Made by a program: the position numbers and the translations under genes
Shown here: positions 38,381-50,530 of the stretch, piece after piece
Position numbering within the stretch: position 1 is the first letter of the stretch
Layout: each line of letters opens with the position of its first letter
Origin: Octopus sinensis
Taxonomy: Eukaryota
Reading direction: 5' to 3'
Length of the DNA stretch: 64,000 nt
Assembly: GCF_006345805.1 (NCBI RefSeq)
Contig: NC_043005.1
Span: 18,848,001 to 18,912,000 of the forward strand
Notes under the pieces: generated by a model
Told to the model about the DNA's origin: nothing
Database searches by the model: none
The model's input: only the letters and a program-made list of their open reading frames with translations

Positions 38381-39750
38381 CGTTGGGGGTAATGCTCAAT
38401 GCTGAGAGATGTGCTGTGGCGTACCAATGTGTAGAAGTACAGAGTAGATACATTGACTCATATTCTATTTGAGAAATGTTTAAAAGCAAAAATAGAAAAC
38501 GAAGACATATTCATTCCATCATACATGTAGCGACTAGGAAAAAGCATAAGTAGTGTCAATGTTCTGCGAAAGAGTAATATCTCGTTCCTTGTGATAGGCG
38601 TTATATGCAGCGAGGAGGACGACGATAACATCTTCCAGATCCAGAATTTATAATTAAAAAATTGGTTTGATATGTGGGTGAAATTCAAGTTCCAGACGAA
38701 TCAAGAGAAGCAAAAAACTTATTTAAAATGATCAAACTGTCACAGAGCACACATGTGTTTGTAATGGTGGGAGAGAAAAGATGTGACATGCATGTGGAAC
38801 CAACAGCCATTTAAGGGCCTTTTTCACGTTAGATTGTCGGTGAAGGACCACAGTTGATCACGTAACTGCAACAACAGCGTTACCACAGTAGTATGAATAC
38901 AATATCTGCAGAACCGACAACAGCAGCTGAAACAACAAAACTATCAACAATAATAACAACTACGCCCTACAATAGCTAAATCCAGAAACCCCACTCTCTC
39001 ATTAGCCCACACTCTCTTGTTCGAAAAGACAACATTTAATTATTCGTAGGAATAATAAATAACAAAAACTAAAGAGCAGATGAGGTTTTAAAGAAATCCT
39101 TCACTAAACAATTGGTGATATGCGTTTTTATTTTATCTATTATTTTTTTTAGAAACAAGGACATGAGGATATTTCAGACATTTGAGTATCAACGGTGCTG
39201 ACTAAACCAGGATTTGAGAGACATACTCAATTCGTGACTCCATGGATTATATCTCGTCTCTTCCATCGTACCGTTTCGAAAAGTTGTGTCCAGGTAAGGA
39301 CGTGTTGTGCTAAAATTCTCCAGATCTCCATTCGAAGGCGATACTTTTGGATCACAATAATGCTTTGGTAACCTTGGTTTTGGATTGTAAAGAAGGCTGT
39401 TATCTACCGTGCCTAACATTTGCAAGCTGAAATAAACTTCGCTCATATTTTCTGTTATTCACTCGTATAGAAATCCTGTTGTTCATATTGTTTTGATATA
39501 TAAAATATACTCAGAGTCAGATACACATAGATAGATGAGAGATTAATTCATGGATAATAGAAAAAAAGAAAGACAAAGAAATGCAGAGAAAAGGAAACTG
39601 CACGCGTATGTACAGGTAATGGTAGTCGTTATTTGATATCGACATAAAAGTAGATTGATAGACAACATCTGTTTCTTAGAAAATATATATACATATGTAT
39701 GTATAACCATATACATATACATACAAACATATATATATAAATATATATAC

Positions 39751-39799
<49 letters not shown>

Positions 39800-39841
39800 G
39801 TTATATATATATATGTGATTATATATATGTGTATACGGTTT

Positions 39842-39887
<46 letters not shown>

Positions 39888-40399
39888 TGCTTCATTGCAC
39901 CAATGTGTATGCATGGGTATATATTTGTGCGTGTATGTGCGTGTGTGAATGGTAGACAATATAGATCGAATAAGAAGAGAGAGCGGTAGCGAAAGATTAC
40001 GTATGTTTGTGCGCTTGTATGTATATTTATTGTAAGACGAATTTCTGTAGAAATAGATTATACTATAAGAAACCGTTATCTTCCGTAAAAAAAGTTTTCT
40101 CCCATTCTTATTGGACAGCCTCTTTGTTCAGCAACATTGTTCCCATGTATTTTTTAAACTTATATATATTTATTTGGTTTCAGTTATTTTTCACTGCAAT
40201 TGTCTTTTTTAATATCATTATTTGCTACTCTTCCATTATTTTGATTATTTTGTTATCGATCTGCAAGTCTCTCGATCATCCAACATAGAGTCAGCGAACT
40301 ATTGATTTTACTATTCAAATGAATTATTTCCGAGTGTTTACAAATTATCAATATTGCTTGTCGGTTTTATTATTACCCACCACAAGGTGTCTTTATATT

Positions 40400-41060
40400 G
40401 TTACTGAAGACCCTCCACCGAATGTTTTGCCTGATTGATGGAGAAGTGAGAAAAGTGAGCGCCTGACGATATTTCTGCCTGGCTTCTGGAATATCGTCTG
40501 TTCTCTTCCAGCCTGCGGTAGCCAATATATGGAAATTTAGTGATAGATAAAAGCGATGCCGTTTTCAGAGAAACTCCAGGCTTCGACCAGGATGGACTAG
40601 CTGATCTATTTCGGAGGATTTGGGCACCCAGTAATGCCATGTATAAATTCCAGAAATCCCTGGCCTTGCAGTGCTACCAATGAGCATGGCCGTTTGACGA
40701 TAAACTTATGTGGAAGATAAAGTTATGTCGAAAAGCTGTTATCACATGTGGCACGAATCTGACTAACGGCCGAATCCATTGTGATGATCGCTCCGTCACC
40801 CACCTTTAATCATGCACAGCGGGCGGTATTCCTCTGTTTAGTGGGTATGGCGAAAGAGGTTCTGTGGTGAACGAGACTGAAAGGATTGAGGAAAGACACC
40901 TTCCCCTTCGGTCAAGCACCCATCGACTTTTTTATGTTCCACTTCAAAAGAAAAGGAAGAATGGAGAAAGAAGTGTTACCTTCTTGTGAATTTGTGAAAA
41001 GATGGGTGACTATGGAAACAGTTGTTACAGAGAATGATCCTAGTCTAAGTATAAGCCTGT
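40400..41060 (+). mobile_element. Old degenerate Tx1/L1-like ORF2 C-terminal fragment
   Basis: MYKFQKSLALQCYQ...DKL and FFMFHFKRKGRMEKEVLPSCEFVKRWV align by eye with the C-terminus of the 42373-44013 ORF. Confidence 0.75.
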
Positions 41061-41089
41061 AGATTTGGAAAACAGGAGAAACAGCTCGT

Positions 41090-41360
41090 ATCTTTGGTGG
41101 TCAGGGTAAGCCTGGATCTGTGTAATTCCTTGATTGACCCATATTTCCAGGGGTGAATTATTCAAACCCCAAAGAATCCCTCTCAACACATGGCTATGAT
41201 GCTCCCCCACTACTTCTGCTCGTGGTCAGAGATGCACATAACGTCAGCCACTAAAGGACATGGTCAACTGGTTAAGGTCAAACAACCGACAAGCAAATCT
41301 GTGGTATTGAGCAGAATATTTGCTGTACCCCATCTTTTATACCAAGACAAAACAATGTAC
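41090..41360 (-). mobile_element. Fragment of repeat family E
   Basis: Matches 57520-57735. Confidence 0.85.
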
Positions 41361-41818
41361 AATATTATTATTATTGGTGTTGTTGATATTTCCCCTCTGT
41401 TGTGTTGAAACATAGATGATCCTTACATTTTTCGTTTGATAAATCCACGCATGCAAGCGTAAACGCAACCTCAGGCACGAGCACACGCGCACAGACACAT
41501 GCACAACCAGGTACATATGTGTGCAAACTCACACACCACACGTATACACTCACACACATTTAGATACGTGCATGTAGATATTCATATGTATATAGCACAC
41601 ACACATAATACATGCATACACAGACCCAATTCAACATATATTGTAATATACGTATATGTATATGCGTATATGTCTACGCGTGCGCAGATGTACGTGCGCA
41701 TTTTTACGTACACATATGCGTAATTACATAGATAGAGAGCCACACAGCCAATAGGCACACAGACAGCTAGCTAGCTAGATAGATAGATAGATAGATAGAT
41801 AGAGATAGATAGATAGAT

Positions 41819-41910
41819 ATGTTTCTTTATTAGCCACACAGGGCTGCACACAGATAGAACAAATTACAAGGTAGAGCTTTTCTTTTGAAGGTTTAAAAAA
41901 AAAAAAAAAA
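41819..41910 (-). mobile_element. 3'-terminal stub of the Tx1-like LINE
   Basis: Near-identical to 41974-42065; flanked by (GATA)n. Confidence 0.85.
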
Positions 41911-41911
41911 A

Positions 41912-41974
<63 letters not shown>

Positions 41975-42372
41975 TGTTTCTTTATTAGCCACACAGGGCT
42001 GCACACAGATAGAACAAATTACAAGGTAGAGCTTTTCTTTTGAAGGTATTAAAAAAAAAAAAAAAAAAAAAAAAGGAAGGGGGAGGTTCGATCAAAAGGG
42101 ATCGTAAAAGGAGAGAAAGAGGACAAAAATAAGGGGGGTTAAAAAAAAAAAAAAAAAAAGGGGGGGGGGAGAGGAAAAAAATGATCAATAGGGATCGTTA
42201 TCACAGAAATGTCAATATGAAGTGTAAAGGGGAGGACAGGTGAGGTTTACCCGTGGAAAGAAAAGCCTACGGAAAAGACCACGGTAACCTCGGTCAATGA
42301 AGTCACATTTTATATTTCTTTTTTTTTTTTTTTTTTTGCAAATAAGCAACTCTCTGTTTTCGATTTCTGGGT

Positions 42373-44013
42373 TCATAGGACTATGCTCAAGGTGGCTTCG
42401 TCATTCATACGTGCCATTCTTGCTACATTCACCCATCTTTTTTTAAAACATTCGCTAGACAAAACTTGCCTCTCTACTCTCACTTTCCTTTTCAAGTGGT
42501 ACTTGAAGAAGTTGATGAGAGATTGACCAGAGAGGAAAGTGTTTGTCTCCAATCCTTTCAGACGCGTCCACCAGATACATTCTTTCGCCATAGCCACAAG
42601 GATGATGAAAATAGCTCTTCCTTCCCGTTTGAAGGAAGGAGGCGTGACAATATTGACGATAGACTCAGCCGATAAACCGACTCGTCCCACACGTGACAGC
42701 AGTTGTTCGACACAAGCCCACAGGTCGGAAATTGTTGGACACTGAACGAGTGCGTGCAGAACGGTTTCGTCGCTCTGACCGCATCTCGGGCAGGTCGGCC
42801 CCGTGTTTCTCGAGCCGTGTCTGTAGAGCTTATCCCGAACGGGTAGCGCTTCTCGGTAGCACTGCCAGGCCAGGGATCTCTGGAAGTTGTCCATGGGCCC
42901 TGGCCCGAAAGTCGTCCCGAACAGGCGGGTCAGGTACTCCTCGTCGACGTCCAGGTTCGCCCCGAGCTCGTCGTCGTACCTCCCCTCCACTAAACCCCTA
43001 TAGAATGCTTTGGTTGTGTTGAAGTCACTTAAGGTCGACCCAGGACGGCAGAGTTGCTTGAGAGCAACGCGACACTCGCGGTGCCATTCGCCCTTCCTCG
43101 GCCTCTTTTTGATCCACGACTGCAGTTCGGTCATGGAGACGAGCTGCGGGAAAGCGTGTCTCACAAACGGCGACCACACCTGTTCACCGTCGTCTACATA
43201 GAGCCAGAGATGTCGCAGTCTCAGCGCGTGTCTGCGCATCATCAACCACGGCATGCCCAGCCCTCCTTTTAACGGGTGTTGACAGCAAATGGATCGCCTG
43301 ACCATCGGGACGCATCCTTTCCACAAGAAGCGAAAGAGGATGCGTTGTAGTTTGGTGATGGTAGGGTCGGGACAAGGTACGACGGTCAGGCGGTAGTAGA
43401 TGACGGACGCGATGTACGTGTTCGCCACCTCCGCTCGACCTTTTAGGGACAGTTTCCTCTCGGCCCATTGCCGGGCGAGAGTGACCACCCTACTCGTTAT
43501 CTCGTTCCAGTTCTTCTCCACTTGGAGGTCCGGACCAAACCAGACCCCGAGCAACTCAACCGGGCCGTCGGTCCAGCGTCCCACGACGGAGGCGCTGGTG
43601 GACGGCATGGGCTTGCTTCTCCAGGTGCCTAGTCGCAAGCCCACTGACTTTTCCCGGTTGATTTTCGCTCCTGTCACCGCTTCGTAGTTTTTCAGTGTCT
43701 CGCCGACCAGCTCGATGTGCTCGTGGCTAGACACTATGACGGTGACGTCGTCCGCGTATGCAGACACGCTCGTCCCGCATCCCAATTCTCGCGGGATGCC
43801 CCTTAGAGTCGCCAGCTTCCGCAGTAGTGGCTCAAGAGTCAATACGTATAGAAGCGCCGAGAGGGGGCATCCCTGACGGACCGAACGTGCAATGTCGAAA
43901 GGTCTCGATAGATGTCCATTTACGCGAATTACCGAACGGATGCCTCTGTACAAGGCAGCTATCCAGCCGCGGAAGACGGGACCGAAACCAGCCGCTCTCA
44001 GGACTGCCTCCAA
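42373..44013 (-). pseudogene. Tx1/L1 ORF2 C-terminal part (RT domains 3-7, zf-RVT)
   Basis: SVRQGCPLSALLY, AYADDVTV, GAKINREKS, KGGLG and TCPRCGQSDETVLHALVQCP; open for 546 aa. Confidence 0.93.
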
Positions 44014-44024
44014 GTATCGATGGT

Positions 44025-44686
44025 CTACCCTATCAAAGGCTTTGATTGATCCAAGTTGATCAGGGCCCCACCCATGCCAGGTTCGTTAACTACCCTGTCT
44101 ATGATGTAGCGCATCAGATGGAGGTTGTCATGGATGGTCCGGCCTGGCACGGCGCATGTTTGCGCCTTGTCGACCAGTTTCTCGATGACAAGCGCCAACC
44201 TCTTGGCTAGCACCTTGGCCAAAATTTTCAAGTCTGCATTAAGCAGAGTGATGGGCCTAAAGTTATCTATTACATTTCCCTTGTTTAGATCTTTCTTCAG
44301 CAGTGTTACGGCTCCTCGGCTCACAAAACCAGGAATGCTCCCGTTTTGCTGCCAGTTGCAGTACACCGCCGCCAAGAGATCTCCAAACAAGTCTGGCATA
44401 CAATTGTAAAGCTCGTAGGGTAGACCATCCAAACCCGGTGATTTGTCCCTCGAGCATTCTGCCATCGCTTCCCGCACTTCCGCCGCCGTGATGGCACCTT
44501 CGCAGCACCCTGCCTTTCTTGTCGAGAGTCGTGGTAGGCTATGTAGGTAGGCACTGAAGTCCACCCTACGTTCTTGCCCTCCACTCGTTCCGAACAGTCG
44601 GGCAAAATGCTGCTGAAAGGCCTCACACATTTTACTTGGCTCGAGCAATTCGCGCCCCTGTTCATCTACCAGTGACCGAATGGTGG
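44025..44686 (-). pseudogene. Tx1/L1 ORF2 upstream part, separated by a single 1-bp deletion near 44040
   Basis: KSPGLDGLPYELY, FRPITLLNADLKILAKVLAKRL and AQTCAVPGRTIHDNL. Restoring one A gives NLDQSKAFDRVDH. Confidence 0.92.
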
Positions 44687-44757
44687 CTGGTAGATGAACA
44701 GGGGCGCGAATTGCTCGAGCCAAGTAAAATGTGTGAGGCTTAGATAGACAGGTAGAT

Positions 44758-44829
44758 ATGTTTCTTTATTAGTCACACAGGGCTGCACACAGACGAGACA
44801 AATTACAAGGTTGAGCTTTTCTTTTGAAG

Positions 44830-44860
<31 letters not shown>
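44758..44860 (-). mobile_element. Third, slightly diverged 3' stub of the Tx1-like LINE
   Basis: atgtttctttattagtcacacagggctgcacacagacgagacaaattacaagg...; (GATA)n/(GACA)n follows on the plus strand. Confidence 0.85.
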
Positions 44861-44895
<35 letters not shown>

Positions 44896-45327
44896 TACAG
44901 ACAGACAGACAGACAGACAAACAGATAGACAGATAGATATATAGACAGAATGACTGACAGACAGACAGGCAGCCAGAGAGTTGGGGTAGGCAGACAGACA
45001 GATAAATATTTGTATTCATGCACGTAGTAGACGATGGAAGTAAACTTCTTTTGTCTCTCTTAATGTTTTAGAATTCTTTTCGGTTTTGATTTAAATTTTT
45101 TTTTTCTTATTCATTATTAATTAATTTACTATTATTATTGTTGTTATTATTACGTCATTAACTTCTTTTAATTTCTATGATAACCTTTTTTTCTGTCTTT
45201 TGCAATTACCAGCTGCGCTGCTAGCATTAATTAGTATTTTTATATTCCACTTATAATAAATACTTGCTGCAAACACTGCAATTCTTTAACTTTGCTTTTG
45301 AATGCGTCGTTTTGAATATGCTGCTGT

Positions 45328-45401
<74 letters not shown>

Positions 45402-45415
45402 ATAGTAGTAGTAGC

Positions 45416-45452
<37 letters not shown>

Positions 45453-45453
45453 A

Positions 45454-45509
<56 letters not shown>

Positions 45510-45527
45510 ATAGTAGTAATAGTAGTA

Positions 45528-45573
<46 letters not shown>

Positions 45574-45590
45574 TAGTAGTAGTAGTAGAT
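45328..45590. repeat. (AGT)n microsatellite
   Basis: Seen directly. Confidence 0.97.
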
Positions 45591-45656
45591 GCCGTTATTC
45601 TTGTTGTTTTTGTTTTTGTTAGTTATTCCTATAGCTGTTGATACTGTTTTGTTCTG

Positions 45657-45726
<70 letters not shown>

Positions 45727-45728
<2 letters not shown>

Positions 45729-46262
45729 GAGTGAGAGAGCAGTACATACAATCAAAATGACACTGGTGTAAAATATACGAAGCCCAGTACACCCATCATG
45801 ACTACCCGTCTGTTAACGGTACACTAGGCACATGCATCACAACCATATGTGCGCGACATGGTGATCCCATATCAAGATAAACAGCACATGACTTTGCAGG
45901 TGGGCCCAGTTAGAATTTCCTTCTGGTCGAGTAACCCATCCCACTCAAAAGGTCCCTCAATAAGGGTTGTTTAAGGATGTTGAACGAAACATCTATGTTT
46001 TCAGAAATGAATCATTCAAACCCCAAAGAATCCCTCTCAGCACATGGCTATGATGCTCCCCTACTACTTCTGGTCGTGATCAGAGATGCACATATCGGCA
46101 GCCACCGAGGGAAATGCTCAACTGCTTAATGTCAAACAACTGACAAGCAAATCTGTGGTATTGAGCAGAATATTTGCTGTAGCCCACCTTTTATACCAAA
46201 ACAAATCAATGTACATGATAACACTTCCAATCAATTAAGATCAGAAGCCACAAGAGCCTGGT
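45727..46262 (-). mobile_element. Repeat family E (~540 bp, ends ...ctgctctctcactc(AAT)n)
   Basis: Homologous to 57245-57735 and 59215-59660; lies between (ATT)n arrays. Confidence 0.88.
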
Positions 46263-46328
46263 ATTATTATTATTATCATTATTATTGTTAGTATTATTAT
46301 TATTATTATTATTATTATTTTATTATTA

Positions 46329-46359
<31 letters not shown>

Positions 46360-47068
46360 GAATGAGAGAGCAATTATTTTTATGGTGAAGTCTTTCATTG
46401 ATATGTTATTTATTCAAGTGTCTTTTTGATATTATTGTTCTTGTTCTTCTTAATGAAAATGACGGTGGTAGGTGTCGTGATATTTTGGGGGCGACGGCCC
46501 CGTATGTTGCCATCCCTATTGAATTATTGGTCTTTCGTTAAGTTTATGTCATTGATTGTTTTATGTATTTCATTCCTATATATTTTTGCTGTAGTGGGTG
46601 CTTGTACTGTTAATATCGTTTTTAGTGTTGTCGTTGGCGCTGTTTGCTTTAGGTATTCTTACTATTTGGTCAATCATCACTAATGACGAGTAACATTTTT
46701 TGTCATAATATATAATGTCGTTATTACCGCTGTCTACGGAAGCATAAAGCCTGCAGGGATATTGGGTTATTTCTAAGAATTTCCAAGACATAAGAACAAC
46801 TACAATAAATACCCTCATCAACAATATTAGCAACGGCAATGATACTGAACAGCAATAAACACATTAACAACAATAACAACGACAACAACAAGGAGGACAA
46901 TTACATCAATGAAAACCGTTAACTTTATTCATACAATGAAATTCTTTCGAGCAAACGACTCTTATATAGAACTATTTCTGAATGGCAAACAAATGTGCTG
47001 CTATATATCCATATACATGTACACATATGCACACACATGTGTACAGACATGCACACACACATGTAAAA

Positions 47069-47163
<95 letters not shown>

Positions 47164-47165
47164 CG

Positions 47166-47221
<56 letters not shown>

Positions 47222-47604
47222 TATATGTATATGTATATACATATATATATATACGTATACACATATATTTACGCACACATACACACACACACACACATAC
47301 GCACATATACATATATATGCGTGGGTGTGTACATATAAATGTGCGTGTGCATACAAAACATTCTGAAAAGGCAGTCTTTTTAACATTAACAATATATACA
47401 CAAAAGCCAAAGAATTATTCTCCCTTTCAAAATACAAAGACTGTCATCCCTTACATCAACCTTAAGGATCTTGGCACTTCTCTTTGCGACGCAAAATACA
47501 GGTTTCTCAACATCCCTAAATATTCGTCAGGATCTCGACAAAATCAAACTTTCAATTAGTAATACTATAACATCAGACTAGATATTCAGTGACACTTCAA
47601 TACT

Positions 47605-47876
47605 AACAAGAGCACTCAGAGAGCGTGAACCTTCGCCAAAGCAACACCAGCGGCCTGTCGACGGTTAGCCAGAGAATATCTGAAATGAATTCGACTGCTC
47701 TTACAAACCAAGATAGTAATAATGGACCCGACCGCTTTCAAAATTTAAGTAAAAAAACAAAGGAAAAATAGTCCAGAATCCCAAAATCTAATCAGTTCGT
47801 GCCAGTCCATGAAGAAAGAAACAAACAAACACGACAGAAAACAATACCTCCGCCTTCCGCTAAGGTGGAGGTAATA
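47605..47876 (-). mobile_element. Helentron/DINE-1-like non-autonomous element
   Basis: Terminal hairpin tacctccgcctt/aaggtggaggta, an adjacent (AAAC)n tract and gattttgggat-type core motifs on the minus strand. Confidence 0.55.
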
Positions 47877-48149
47877 ACGTTAGCGTCAATTCTAAGTGTC
47901 AAAATATATTACAGTGTAGATTCAATCAGTTTGACATGATGGACCGTCATTCATGAAACTTTTAGTCCCCTTTTCCTGTATATCTTGGAATAACGTAAAA
48001 ACTTATTATCCTTAACATTCATTAACTTAACATCAGGATAATTATGAACTTTGAGTAGTTACTCTTATTAATATTAAAAAGTCCTTACAACATAATTATT
48101 TATTACAAATCTGTAGTCGTAAAGTTTAAAACAATAAAAATAAACGTAT

Positions 48150-48596
48150 TTACTCTTTACTCTTTTACTCTTTTACTTGTTTCAGCACCACCTTTTAGTC
48201 GAGCAAATCGACCCCAGGACTTATTCTTTGTAAGCCTAGTACTTATTCTATCGGTCTCTTTTGCCGAACCGCTAAGTTATGGGGACGTAAACACAACAGC
48301 ATCGGTTGTCAAGCGATGTTGGGGGGGGGACAAACGCAGACACACAAACACGCACACACATATATATATATACATATATACATATATACGACGGGCGTCT
48401 TTCAGTTTCCGTCTACCAAATCCACTCACAAGGCTTTGGTCGGCCCGAGGCTATAGTAGAAGACACTTACCCACGGTGCCACGCAGTGGGAATGAACCCG
48501 GAACCACGTGGTTGGTAAGCAAGCTACTTACCACAGAGCCACTCCTACGCCTATGTAGCCACTCCTACGCCTATATAGCCACTCCTACGCCTATAT
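48150..48596 (-). mobile_element. SINE family B with a triplicated 20-bp 5' end
   Basis: Family motifs; agccactcctacgcctat(g/a)t occurs three times at 48537-48596. Confidence 0.9.
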
Positions 48597-49269
48597 ATAG
48601 GCGTATTTCTTTATATTATATCTTAATATTGCATAAATGCTGCACTGAGGGGCGCTTCACCAGAGACCTGGACGTATTCTGCATCTTTCGACAGTATAAA
48701 ACCAACTAACGTTTCTAGTGAGAAACAATGCTGAGGCAGACATTGGAGATCGGCATGGGCCTCTTGCACTTCGGGTCCTATTGAACCGTCCAACCCATAG
48801 CACCATAGATAACGGACGTTAAACGATGATGATGGCGTTGATGAAGACATGTGTATGTATGTATATATGTGTGTACGTGTGTGTATACACACATACTTAT
48901 CAGCTATTCTGTTTCAGCAGATCATCTAATTAACTGAAAATGTCTCAATATCTACGTCATCGATACCTTAAATCGATTACTTGTATACACACACATGCCT
49001 ACTGTTTGGTTTCCAGCAACTCGCTCAACATCCAAGGTGCAACATGTGTAGGCAGTTCCTGTACATTGAATATCGTCTAAGCAGATGTTTGTAGTGGATT
49101 TTGTTCCTGAGTATCTGTGCACATATCTATCAGTGTGTATGTTCGTTTGTAGTCGTAGCTGTACGGATGTGAATGTAGTTGGGTGCGTAGTTAGATGCAA
49201 AACGTAATGTAATTATTGAATACCTTCAAGAGAGCCATAATGTCAATGATGAGTACCATGCCAACTTAC

Positions 49270-49555
49270 TGATTCAGTTAGGAGGTGTAGAGATTAAATT
49301 CCTCCAAGAAGTCTTTGAGCATTTCTCCGTTCCGATTAGTTTTAGAGTTGAAAGTAAACTTTGTCTCATCGGGTCCTAGTCTAGCATTCAGATCACCAGC
49401 TATAACTAGAAAATTATGGAGAGGTACTTGCTCAATGGTTGAACGAAGGGTTGTATAAAAATTCTCAATCTCGTCTGCCACAGACGAATTATGTGGGCTA
49501 TACACACATACCAATGTTGTTTTCGGGTTTCCATCTATCTCAACTTACTGCCAAG
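49270..49555 (-). mobile_element. APE endonuclease fragment of an RTE-like LINE
   Basis: VCVYSPHNSS...ENFY..L...LVIAGDLNARLG...NRNGEMLKDFLEEFNL. Confidence 0.82.
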
Positions 49556-49557
49556 AC

Positions 49558-49905
49558 CATATGAAATGGCCGAGAAAACTAGCGAAGGGTGTTTTGTTTC
49601 ATCAGGACAATGCTCCAGCACAAACGTTTTTGATTTCAATGGTTACCATCCGTGTCTGTAGTTTTGAACTCGTTGATCATCCACCCTATGCTTTTGATTT
49701 GGCCCCATTTGTCTATCAACTGTTCCACAATATGAAAAAAATACTTGGCTAGGAACCAGTATCGCAGTGATGAAGATGTCATATCTACTGTTGGGGATTT
49801 TTGACCAACAGGATAAAAAGCTTCTGAACCAAGGACATCCAAACACTGCAACACCGCAAGAAGATGTGTGTGCCCGGCAGGGGAGACTACGTTGAAAAAT
49901 ATGCC
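49558..49905 (+). mobile_element. Mariner (DD34D-type) transposase C-terminal remnant
   Basis: GVLFHQDNAPA, ELVDHPPYAFDLAPFVYQLF (HPPYSPDLAPSD-like) and terminal GDYVEK. Confidence 0.88.
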
Positions 49906-49980
49906 TTATTTTGTCACATTACATGAGAGTATCTTGATTAACCGCGTATATTTGTACAATCCGTGTGCATGTGTTTCTAT

Positions 49981-50530
49981 AGAAATGCTTAGTGGTATTT
50001 CGTCTGCCGTTACGTTCTGAGTTCAAATTCAGCCGAGGTTGACTTTGCTTTTCATCCTTTCGGGGTCGATAAAGTAAGTACCAGTTACGCACTGGGGTCG
50101 ATGTAATCGACTTAATCCGTTTGTCTGTCCTTGTTTGTCCCGTCTGTGTTTAGCCCTTCGTGGGTAGTAAAAAAATAGGTATTTCGTCTGCGGCTACGTT
50201 CTGAGTTCAAATTCCGCCGAGGTCGACTTAGCCTTTCATACTTTCGGGGTCGATAAAGTAAGTACCAGTTACGCACTGGGGTCGATGTAATCGACTTAAT
50301 CCGTTTGTCTGTCCTTGTTTGTCCCCTCTGTGTTTAACCCTTTGTGGGGAGTAAAGAAATAGGTATTTCGTCTGCCGCTACGTTCTGAGTTCAAATTCCT
50401 CCGATGTCGACTTAGCCTTTCACCCTTTCGGGGTCGATTAAATAAGTTCCAGTTACGCAGACCTAATCCCTTTGTCTGTCCTTGTTTATCCCCTCTATGT
50501 TTAGCCCCTTGGGGGCAATAAAGAAATAAG
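49981..50530 (+). mobile_element. Head-to-tail trimer of SINE family A units (~180-bp period)
   Basis: Three units ggtatttcgtctg...gagttcaaatt...gtcgac...tagcccct...aaagaaatag. Confidence 0.92.

Larger units (their letters stand above)
41974..44739 (-). mobile_element. Young 5'-truncated Tx1/L1-clade LINE inserted in (GATA)n
   Basis: RT and zf-RVT ORFs, a 3' UTR with U-rich tracts and AATAAA just before an (ATCT)n tail, and a fold-back at the 5' junction. Confidence 0.93.

Noticed and set aside
38400-38720. Possible old Tx1 zinc-finger region
   Set aside because: Too decayed to align confidently by eye.
47495-47535. Minus-strand CTGACGA...GAAACCTGTA
   Set aside because: No convincing stem II or stem I.
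49981-50530. CRISPR-like regular array
   Set aside because: The units are whole ~180-bp SINE monomers without unique spacers, in a eukaryotic context.
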